Below are positions 21,201-31,868 of a DNA stretch of 44,661 nucleotides, piece after piece. The number at the start of each line of letters is the position of its first letter. Positions within the stretch are counted from its first letter, which is position 1. The stretch comes from Klebsormidium nitens. Lineage: Eukaryota; Plantae; Klebsormidiophyceae. Both the position numbers and the translations under genes were made by a program. The DNA is taken from NCBI GenBank assembly GCA_000708835.1, contig DF237640.1, forward strand, positions 1-44,661, read 5' to 3'. Under the pieces are notes generated by a model, which was not told where the DNA came from, did not search any database, and was given only the letters and a program-made list of their open reading frames with translations.

Positions 21201-24044
21201 TGCTCGAGTGGGCGTCCCGGCAGGGTGGTGCTGGTGTGACGTTGTTGGTGTTTTCTGTGCAGTATGTGGCGGCAGCCCTGCACGGCGGGGAGGGCTTCTC
21301 CGGCCTGCATGCCCGCCTGCAGGCGCTGCGCGGGGACTTGCTGCGCGCAGGCGCCAACCTGGAGCAGTGGCGCAACCCACCACCGCCGCCGCCGCTGCCT
21401 CCCGACCACGCCGCGGCGGACCCTGCCCGCCTCATCCAGGTACGGACTGGCCCTGCCGCCGAGCCTGCACTCTTGCCGCGCGTCGTGGCCTCTCCTCTCC
21501 CGTGGGCAGCGCTGTGTGGCACGTCCCCGTGCGTGGCCTGGCTTGCTGGATTGCTGAGCTGCGCTGCTGCGGTGCGTGCAGGCCATCGCGGGGGTGGCGG
21601 GCGCTGCGGGCGCTGCTCCGAGCCTGGCGGTGGCGGACGGCGTGGTGGGCGCGGTGGTGCGCGAGTACGCCTGGGCGGACCCGGGCAAGTGGGGTCTCCT
21701 CTGGCAGCAGCAGGGCGCCGCCTGCAATGGGCCGCAGGTGCCGGAGCCTGTGGTTCTTCCGCTGGGGGGGAGTGCTCCGCCGGAGACAGCGCGGCGGCGG
21801 CGGCGGGGCGGNNNNNNNNNNNNNNNNNNNNNNNNNNNNNNNNNNNNNNNNNNNNNNNNNNNNNNNNNNNNNNNNNNNNNNNNNNNNNNNNNNNNNNNNN
21901 NNNNNNNNNNNNNNNNNNNNNNNNNNNNNNNNNNNNNNNNNNNNNNNNNNNNNNNNNNNNNNNNNNNNNNNNNNNNNNNNNNNNNNNNNNNNNNNNNNNN
22001 NNNNNNNNNNNNNNNNNNNNNNNNNNNNNNNNNNNNNNNNNNNNNNNNNNNNNNNNNNNNNNNNNNNNNNNNNNNNNNNNNNNNNNNNNNNNNNNNNNNN
22101 NNNNNNNNNNNNNNNNNNNNNNNNNNNNNNNNNNNNNNNNNNNNNNNNNNNNNNNNNNNNNNNNNNNNNNNNNNNNNNNNNNNNNNNNNNNNNNNNNNNN
22201 NNNNNNNNNNNNNNNNNNNNNNNNNNNNNNNNNNNNNNNNNNNNNNNNNNNNNNNNNNNNNNNNNNNNNNNNNNNNNNNNNNNNNNNNNNNNNNNNNNNN
22301 NNNNNNNNNNNNNNNNNNNNNNNNNNNNNNNNNNNNNNNNNNNNNNNNNNNNNNNNNNNNNNNNNNNNNNNNNNNNNNNNNNNNNNNNNNNNNNNNNNNN
22401 NNNNNNNNNNNNNNNNNNNNNNNNNNNNNNNNNNNNNNNNNNNNNNNNNNNNNNNNNNNNNNNNNNNNNNNNNNNNNNNNNNNNNNNGCGGCTGTTCCCG
22501 CGGTGGGAGGCGCGCGTGGACGGCGAGGGGCGGCACGTGTACCAGTGGGCGGTGGGCAAGAAGGTGTGGCACTGCTACACGCGCATGCAGGTGCGCGAGA
22601 CGCAGGAGGAGGAGGGCGCCACCCCGCTGCCCCCGCGAATACAGCTCTCCACCACGCCGCGCCCTGCCCAGCCCACCCCCAAGCCCGCACTGCCCACCCC
22701 CCGCCTGCCCGCTCCCCGGCCTCCCCCCCTCATTGCAAAGGCCCCCTCTAGAAATTCGTCACCGCGGCCCCCCTCGCCCAGCCCGCCTCCTGCGCCGCGA
22801 CCCCCCTCCGCTGCTGCCTCCAAGCGGCCGCGGCCCGGCACTGCGTCCCCCTCCGAGGAGGCGCCGGTTGTGTTCAGCTTCGAGGGCCCCCCACCCGGCT
22901 GCCGGCTGACCCCCGCGCAGGAGGCGGAGGTGATGGAGGTGGTGCGCGCGCAGGGGTGGGAGATCCGGCAGGAGGTGCGCAAGCACGGCATCAGCGCGGG
23001 CCAGGTCGACAAGTACTACATGCCGCCCAACGGGGACAAGCGCCTCACCAGCCTCCGCAAGGTCCGCCCCGCCGCCACGGCCTCCTTGCCCCGTTGCATC
23101 TTGATTCACTGTGTTGGCGAGAGTGGCCCGTGCGTACTTGTCATTCGCTTGCTGGCATGCGAGACCTTCATTGCAAACCCGAGTTGTGCAACTGATAGAA
23201 ATTGGTCTGCATGGTGCGCACGCGTTTCCCTCTGCTTTAGGCGCTGATGGGCCGTGGTGGCCGTGTGTGGTGCAGGTGTGGGAGTACTTGCACTTCGGCA
23301 AGGGCGCCTCCGGCAGGACTGCGCGCGACCGCAGCGCCGCGGGGGCCAGCACCAGCGACCAGGTGTGCGCCACGCCCAGCGCGCCTGCTGCCAGGCGCCA
23401 TCGGGGAGGGGGGCGCATGCTGTGCGGCTGTTGTTGGAGTCCTTTCCGGCTGCGACTGGGTCTGCTGCCTTCCCGTGTTGACACCGGCTGTGCGGCGTGC
23501 TGTGTGCGTGCAGGCGGACTTCGACGCGGCGCGCGGGGGCGTGGCGGCGCTGCTGGCGGCGCAGGCTGAGGTGGCGGCGGAGGATGCGGCGGACGGCGCG
23601 GCGGAGGCGGGGGAGGACGACGAGTGGGCGGCGCTGGGCGTGGGGCAGGGCTTCGGCGTGGCCGCGGCGGAGCGCGTCAAGAGGCGGCGCAGGAAACCGG
23701 GGGGCACGCCCGGCGCTGCGGTGAGGGCTTACCGTGCGTGTGAGCCGGCCGTGCTGCAGGCCGTTGTGGGCAAGTCTGTGTCCGGCGCTTGCTGCCGTGC
23801 TTGCTCCTGCCGATCGTGCGCACCAGGCTGGCCGCAGCCGGGCCCGACCCGCCCCCCTCTTTTGTGGTCTCTCCAGGCCCCGGGTGGCAGCCTGGATGAC
23901 GGCCCCCTGGCGGGCAGCCCCGGCGCGCTCCCCCGCCTCCCCGTGCTGGCACTAAGCAGCCCGCGACCATCCGCAGGGAAGTCCACCGACCACACCGACG
24001 GGAGCGGCAGAAGCAGGACGCTGACGGACCTCCTCACGCCGTGA
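18283..24044 (+). CDS. Large protein with a methyl-CpG-binding domain (MBD) near the C terminus; spans an assembly gap; start at 18283 or 18298
   Basis: Multi-exon model. QGWEIRQEVRKHGISAGQVDKYYMPPNGDKRLTSLRK|VWEYL (about 22951-23061 plus 23276 onward) fits the MBD consensus GW..E...RK.G...G..D.YY..P.G...S.....YL. Stop at 24044. Confidence 0.75.
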
Positions 24045-25776
24045 GCCGGTGAGTACGCGCGCACAGTCGGGCGAGCATGGCGGGGGTCCCCCCCGGGGGG
24101 TCGCCATCGTGTGGGCTGCCAGCCATGCGTCCAGATACAGCAGCCTCAGGGTGATGACCCCTGGCCCACCGCCGGCTGCACCACGGGCTGCAAGCGCGGG
24201 TCGTCCTTTTATGTCGTCGGATGTCGCCCACTGCCCAGAGCGGCGTTCTGATGGGAGCACCCTCCTTGCAGCCCCGCCATGTGAGCCACCGGGTCCTGCA
24301 GCATGCCTGCTTGGTGGCGTGACGCCGACGCGGCGCACATCCGGGCCGGCAGGGAGGAGGCTGCAGAGATACTCTTGTCGCCGAGTGTTGGACGGCACTG
24401 TGTCATAGCGGTCGTTGTAAGGCAGCCAGTGTCGTGCGATTGTGCACTTGGAGAGCTGGAACCCAGGCAGCCTCACGAAGTTGAGGACCTTCACTGCGTG
24501 TGGCGATGTACTATACCGTAGCTATTCTTGTAAAGTCCTACTAGTGAGCACTCTTTACGGGTCAAATCTGCTCAATGCCTCTCACTACACTGCAAAATTT
24601 CACAGAAGTGCAGGTTGAGAAGTCGTCACGCCCGTCGCCTGTTGCATCATGTGATTGTTGTCAATGACAATGGGGTGAAATAGTTTGAAACATCTCGGAA
24701 GTCTGTAACCATGGTTGCCACTCCTCCGCTCAACCCAGTAATCCTTCCTACCTGAGTAGACCCAACTGTATGGTATGGTAGCTGGTTGCGCGAAACACTC
24801 AAGGATGATATGTAAGCTAGCGCTGCCATACAAAGTCTTCCGACAACTGAGCGGCAAATTGTATAACTGAGTATATACAAGCAGATCTATTGAAGGTCCC
24901 ACTTAGGCTAAATTATGACCGAGTACGTTCAGCTATATACCTATCTCACGTTGCAGTCAAGATAGTGGGATGTTTTGATTACAACTATCATTAGTCTAGT
25001 ATACGGTTCGCCGAGCTCAATTAAACCCGGTTGTCACGCGGTGCCTCCAGATCTTCATATAATTCGCAATGTGAAATGCGCCAGTATATGTACATTCGTG
25101 ACCACTAGCTATTACATATATGCATGACTCAGAGCTTAAGAACAATAAGCCGAGCCTGCCGGCCGGCCGCGCCCCGCATACAGTCGCGACTATGTATGCA
25201 TTGCATCATGCATATCTAGTTAGCCCAAGCTAGCCGCTAGCTTGCGCCGGCTGTTCATATACACCGCAGCTGCATCGGGCCAAACTCGATCGATCTCACC
25301 GTCGCGGCTGTCGGGTTGTAAGTACATGGAAAAGCGCCTTGATGCGCATGCTATAAGTGAGGTCGGACATCACTCAGTACGTACGTGCCGGGATGCAAAC
25401 AATGAATGCCAGATGATGCACGCTCCGCCTGACCCTGTCCAGGGCCCAACTTCAGCAGCTAGCTACCGAGATCCGCAGGATATGCACGATACTGTCACAG
25501 TGCGACGTCTGAGTCAACTAAGTTGCGAGCCTAAGTTGACCTCCCACAATGTGAAAGAGGGTTCTGGAAAGCTAGGTTGAGGTGTGGCGGCCATGTTGCA
25601 GATCAGCCAGGTGGAGCAACTTTCACACATTATTGAGTTTAGACTTCGCCTAGAGCAGCAAGATTCCTTATCACACAGTCGAAACTGGGCTCATACATTT
25701 ACAAAAGCTATCCAGTGTGAAACGTTGCCGCCTGGTTTTGCAGAGAGGTATGTATTCTCGAGTCTGCCATATGCCT

Positions 25777-28700
25777 CTAGCTACCTGGACTGACACCTTG
25801 CGACATCAATGAACACCCTTGCTTCCGTCTTGACGACGCCCTCGTTTCTTTCAAGAGGCGAAGATCGAACATGGCTGTCAGCTGCACAATGGACGAACAC
25901 AACACGTCACTGAGGCGACATCAGGAAGAGGGGGGACCAAGCCACGATAAACAAGGGCCACGTCCCATCACGACACTGCAAGACCGGCCCACACCCTAAA
26001 ACCCTTCGAAGGACCAAACCACCGCCGCTCATTGTGCCGGAGGGTGCCCTGCTGGCACGCCCTTCTGCTTGCTGTTCCCAACAGCACATCCAGCTCGCAC
26101 GACGGCTGCCCCACAAGCACGCGCCGGCAGATTGTTCCACCCCGCGTGCCGTCACTTGCCTGCTTGCCGCGCAGCCCGATGGCCGCCAGGTCGTCCTTGC
26201 AGTGGAAGACCGGCCCTCCGCCGGCGGCCTGCCGCAGCGCCAGCACGGCGTCCGCGCGCCGCGCCCCAATGCCGCGCAGCGCGAGCAGCTGCGGGCGGTC
26301 CCCCGCGTTCAGCACCGCCAGGCACTCCGCCTCCAGCGCGCGCTGCACCACCCACGCACACGCACACGCACACGCACACGCGTCAGGCTCAGCACACCGC
26401 ACTCCCATCCACTGCGGACCGCGCGCCTTGTTGCTTGCAGCAGGCATGCACGTTGCAGCCACAACAAGCAAGTGCGCGGACAAGAAGCCGCCTGCTGGCG
26501 GTCTGCCTCATTAGCGAGCGCGCGCAGGTGCAGGGCGGAGGAGGTGCTTACGCTGGCCGCTGTCTGGACCTGCCGCAGCTGCTGCAGAGGCGTCCTGCCC
26601 GCGCACCGTCCCGCCGGGCTGCAGGCTGTAGGGGAGCGCGGGGGGGTGGCGGGGGGCACGTTCTCCTTGCCGGACTGGCCAAACTCTGGCAGCACGGGGA
26701 GAGCAGACACGTCAGCCGGCGGCAGATGCGCAGGCCCAAAACGCGTCCCCGTGCACAACTCCCGAACGGAGGAGGCAGGGGGGCGAGGGCGGTCCAAGGC
26801 GGGCGGGGGACAGGGTGTACGGAGATGCCAACACGTGTCCCGATTGGGAACATTGGACCGTCATGTGCAAGCCCATGAGTGCCGGCCTGCCGACAAAGGA
26901 TGCCCAACCAGAAGGCAAATGTTGCAACACCGCAGCCCCCCTGTCCCGTGAGCCCCGCGGCACCCCCGCTCCGCGCGCACCGGCCTCACCTAGATGCGGT
27001 TCGCGGGCGGTCCCCCCCGCTCCGTCCGGCCACAGCGGGGTGCCCTGCTGCTGCGCGGTGAGCGTGGCCGGGCAGCGGTGCGCCAGCAGGGCCTCCACGT
27101 GGGCCAACCGCGCAGCCGCGTCTGCAGGGACGGCCGGCCCTTCCGGCGGAGCAGCGGAGGGGGGACTGCGGGGCAGAGAAGGGCGTGGGAAGGGGAAGTG
27201 GCCCGTGGGCAGCGGGCAGGCGGGGGAGAAGGGGCAGCGAGAGAACAAGAGAGCAATGCAAGGAGGGCACTCTTGATCGTACACTTACTCAACCAAGCGG
27301 AACCGATCGCTCGGAACAAAATTGGGTGCGCAAAGACAGATAGAAACAGTTGAATCTTCCTAGCGTAGAGCCTTTTTACATGACGAGGGTGACTACTGCG
27401 AGGGGTGCAAGAGACGAAACATTGATGGTACTGCTTCACCAGGCTGGAAGCAGGCCAAGGACGCACGACAGCCAGCAGAGCAGCAGACACCACCGCACAC
27501 TGAGGATCGAGCCGACCTGGTCGGCAACTGTGCGCCGTGCGGCCTCCTCCTTCTTGTCCTCACCTGGTGGCGTGCGGGGTGCGTGTCCGGCGGTGCGGGG
27601 AGGCGGGCGGCCGGGGGGTGCGCCCCTTGGCCTCCTGCCAGGCCTGCAGCGCGGCAAGGCGCTCCGCAGCACGGCCGAGGGACGAGGGCGGCGCCGGCTG
27701 CTGGTGGAGGCGGGGAGGCGGGGCCGAAGGGGCGGCCGGCGGCGGGAGGCGCAGCTGGCCCGTGAGCCCCGCAAGGGCCAGGCTGGCGTGCGCAGCTGAA
27801 GCATGGCTTCGTCCGGGGGCCTGCAGCAGAAAGCGGGCGTGTGCGCGTGAGGACGCTCCTCCCCAGGAGGCGAGGCCGGCAGCGGGACACACGGAGGCAG
27901 GAGAGGCGGACAAACAGCCGCGATCACACGGTGTCCGAGAGGCTGTGCCTGCTTGCAGACATGGCAGCGAGGGCGGGCAGGGCGAGCAAGGCGGGCGTAC
28001 CAGGCAGAGCAGCAGGAGCGCGCGGCCGGGCCCAGCCAGGCTGCTGCGCAAGAGGCGCGTGAGCTTGCTGTCGCGGTACGCCACGTGGGGCTGCCCTGAC
28101 GTCAGCCCGACGAGAACCTGGCAGCCGAATACTGCATTAATAACGAGGCGGTAAAAGCTCACGAGACTGCTGGGACGGCATGCGGCTCCGAGCGCCCTCG
28201 CAGCAGGAGGAGTAGAGGGAGAGGCCCTAAGGGCGGCTGAAGGATGCCTGTCAACAGCTGCAGCGCAACGTCAGGCCAGCACGCAGGAAAAGTTGATTCG
28301 AGAGTAGCCACAAGGTGTAGGCGCATGAGGCGTAAGGGTCGTAGCCAGTGCGTGTCGTGAAACTTCTCAGGGGCGGTGGGCAGGGAGCGTACCTTGTGGA
28401 GCGCAAAGAGCGACGAGTTGATGCGAGCACTCTCCCGCATGCGCTGGCCTTCATTCCCGGTGCGCCTGTTGTCCTCAAAACCTGCACACCCGGCCCACCC
28501 GCAGTCAGTGAGGCGTTCCCACGTAGTCTCAGGCAGGACCGTGCAGCTACGCGCGTCGACAACGCCGCGGCAGCAGGTCCGTCAGCCCGCCACTCGTGTG
28601 GCTGGTGCCAGGGCTGGTGCGCGCCTCCTCTTGGGCAGCCCCCCTCTGGCTAGGGCGAGCGCAGTGCGCGGGGTCGCACCTGCCAGGTCGATGAGGGTGA

Positions 28701-31355
28701 CTTGCGCGGCGTGGGGCGCCGCGGGGGTGAGGCTCAGCACGCTGTGGCTGCGGCTGGAGGCGGCGTTCACGCCTGTGGCCGCAGTGTGACGCGCCGCGCA
28801 GCCGGCCGCCCACAGCGCCACAAAGTCTGCCGCACAGGCCACCGGGACCTGCAGCGGGGCGTAGCAGGGAGAGAGCTGGGGGCACGGCAAGAGATGCCCG
28901 CGGCGCGGTCAGGGTCACGGACACGAGCTGACAAAGGGAGCCTTTGTGTCGGTTTTGTATTTGTGAATCTGTTGAGAGGTCTCCTTGGGGTGCAGGTTTT
29001 GTGTTCCCCAAGGTGCCCACAACCAGTCAGGGTATGCCGGGGTCAAACAAGGTGAGAGGAGAGAGGGGGGGCCTGATCAAAGCGCATGCGTTTTGGCATG
29101 CGGGCCCGTTCACAATGCGTTGGAGAAGCACCTGCGTGAGGCCTGGCAGGTGCACCCTCCCGCGCGCGTCCTCCAGCAGCGGCAGCTCGGCCCCGGGGAG
29201 CAGCAGGTCGTGGCACCTGCGAGGGGAGAGCGCTGGGCAGCATGGGGAGCGGAGGGAGCAGGAGAACCCCCACGAACGTGCTGGGGTACCATCAGGCAAT
29301 CAGGCAGAGGGAGCGTAGAAGGTGGACACGGGGTTGTCAGAAAAGGAAGGCAATCTGTCCTTCCACTGGAAGGTGCACACGATTCAAAAACATCCCTGAA
29401 ACGAAAAAGGAGACAGAGATCAAAAGCGCCACGCAGTGTTGGCGCCAGAGCTGCTCTCAGTCGGAGCTGCTGCCTACCTTATTAGACAGAATACCCGCAG
29501 GAGGGGTTGGAAACCAAGCAAGGGGAGACTAAATGCGTACTCGTCTAGGAAGCATGCAGCTTAGATGAAGGGGAGCACTCGTGGTGCTCCCGTGGGATGG
29601 GGGGTACAGGCAGGGCGACCAGCGGGGGAGGACAATGCGCGTAACAGTTTACAATCTCACGGTGACGTGGCAGCTTTGAGGCGCTCTTATTGGAGTGAGG
29701 CCCTGACCTGTCGAGGTAGATCTCCATGAAGGACACCCGCAACCCGCTGGACGCCCCCGCCGCAGCGGCCAGCCGCAGCAGCTGCTCCACCGCCAGGGGG
29801 GCAACGCCGGGGTCGCCTGCCGTGCCCTGCACACTCGCACCGCATTAAGAAGCGTCAGCCAGATGCGTGCGGGCAGGGGGCAAGGTGCCAATTGTGCCGC
29901 TGGACCATTTTTCTGGCCAGGCACGGGGGCGGGTGATGCACGAGGCAACATTTGAGCTGGGCGGGGCGTGCAGCGGCCTGTGTGGGAGGGACTCAGAGCG
30001 AGGCAGCAGCGACCTGCGGGGCGGTCGGCGCACCTGCATGGTGTGGCTCTTGCCGCTGCCAGAGGCGCCATGCGTGAAGATTGTGGCGGGGTGGCCGCAG
30101 CAGAAGCTGGCGCGCACTAGGGGCGCCACCTCCCACTCAAAGATGGCCCGCCCGCTTGCGCCCGCACCCCAGCAAGAGTCCACCCTGCGCCCAACAGCAA
30201 TACTTGAATCAATCAAAATGAAACCCAACGCCGAAGAAGTCAAGGGGGTGGGCAAGAAGAGGCGGGCTGCAGTGGGCGCTACGAGTCGGTCTGTTACAGA
30301 GTTTCTGGGGGGGGGTGGCTGTGGTGATGCCGGCCCAGCCAACCGTCATCCTGGCCGGCCATCTGCCTGGGCCCCCCGCACTGCCGAGCCTCACCTGTAC
30401 TGCGCAGCGGTGGCGCCTGCCCCGCGCTCTTCCAGCACGGTCACACAGCAGGAGGGGACATCGCTCCCCGCTGCCTCCGCCAAGCCAGCGTCCTCCCGGG
30501 GGCCGTCCTGGGGCAGCAGGGGCCGTATACGCACCGCTACGCGCACCTGTGCAAGCAGAGGCGCACAGCTATGGGGAACGGAGCCGTGCACTATGCTGGG
30601 CTGCTCAGACTGGTGAGATGCACACTCGGAGCAGGGCAGGACAATGAAGGACGAGGACACCCCAAAGCTCACCACTCTCTCGCTGTGTCTGAATGGCAAA
30701 GTTTCAGAATCCTGCTTACAACAGACTGCATCCCAGTCCCGTGCTCGCTTCTCCAAGCCTCATGAGCTGCCAACTCAATGGCTGGCCCATCGCAGCCTGG
30801 CCGGGCGCTATTGGCGCGCACCTTCTTTTCGGGGCCTTCTCCTGACCGGAAGGGGCCACCTTGCAGGTCGCCGACGGAAGTGCTGGGCGGGTCCATTCAG
30901 CACTGCGGGACAGTGCGGAAGGCCTTGAAGCAGAGACCACTGCGCCACACCCAATCACGATGCGCCCACAACATTTCTGCTGGTACACGTGATCATTCCG
31001 TGGTTTGCAGCGGGCTACTTTCCAGTCCAATGGGCAAACAGACCTCTGAGTCTACACGCCGAAGAGGCTTCTGGTCACGCAGAAGTCCACCGGTACATTT
31101 GAAGCCAGGCCTACGTAGTACGATACATGCCGGACAGGGTCAGGGAAGGCGGCCTGCACTCAACCTCCGTTCATCAGAAGCCTTCAGGACTGCTTTCGAA
31201 GTGCGAATCAGCTCTTGCGATGGAACATTGGGAGTGCCACACATTGCTCGCTTGCTTTGCAACGTTCCTTGCTGGACATTGATTCTGAATTCCGATGCAA
31301 GTGCTTGCAAGTTGCATTCATCTTCTGATGTTGAACCCTGGCCCTGGGCCTGCAT
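25777..31355 (-). CDS. Kinesin-10 / KIF22(Kid)-like chromokinesin with a C-terminal helix-hairpin-helix domain; 5' exons uncertain
   Basis: VRVAVRIRP, P-loop HGASGSGKSHT, SFMEIY, switch I NAASSRSH, DLAG(F)EDNRRTGNEG..MRESARINSSLFAL, YRDSKLTRLL, and HhH LLALRGIGARRADAVL. Last exon 25777-25881 (LTAMFDL...). Confidence 0.9.
26353..26380. repeat. (ACGCAC)n microsatellite at an intron 3' end
   Basis: About 4 hexamer units just upstream of the acceptor of the HhH exon (GTGTGC on the coding strand). Confidence 0.8.
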
Positions 31356-31868
31356 GGGCCTTTCGTTTTCAAACTTATGATGTCAGCATCAAGCCTCCAG
31401 TGTCAATACGGGAGTAACTGGGGGTACGGTCCTAGGTTTCACATACGGGTATATGTAGGCCTAGCTGCGTAGGTACACATGTTTCATGGTCATACTCGCA
31501 ATGAACGGTCGCAGTGGATAGCCGGTAGTATAAAATTGACACAAGCTACCGCTTTCAGGCGGGAATTCCATATGGCATGGGTGATGTCAGCAAGATGGAC
31601 TCTAGAAGGGACTCGGAGGCGATCTTGGCCCTGTGCTGCTTGAATGCAACGCTGGTCGTAGTGTGGCGGCAGGTGGATAGGCAGGGACGCCAGCATTGCC
31701 CCTGCTTTTGCACTGACTGGTTGAGCTCGAGGGCTGCCAGCCGTGATTGCTGAGCCTTCAGGAAGCTAGATCCCCTCTGCATCGATTGCTAGTGGACCAA
31801 TGCTGTGGTGATTGTGCCCTCCTGCTGCTGCGCACCCCTGCTGGCTGCCCTCCCCCGCCTCCCCGCCA

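Noticed and set aside
20533-23247. ORFs of 500-680 aa in the ORF track
   Set aside because: Their length comes from reading through the 676-nt N gap.
25960-26030. Telomerase RNA gene
   Set aside because: A template-like motif is present, but no recognisable USE/TATA type-3 promoter or Pol III terminator, and it lies antisense in an intron. Kept only as a low-interest finding.
29571-29591. 8-bp intronic hairpin gggagcac/gtgctccc
   Set aside because: A single short stem in a GC-rich context, compatible with chance.
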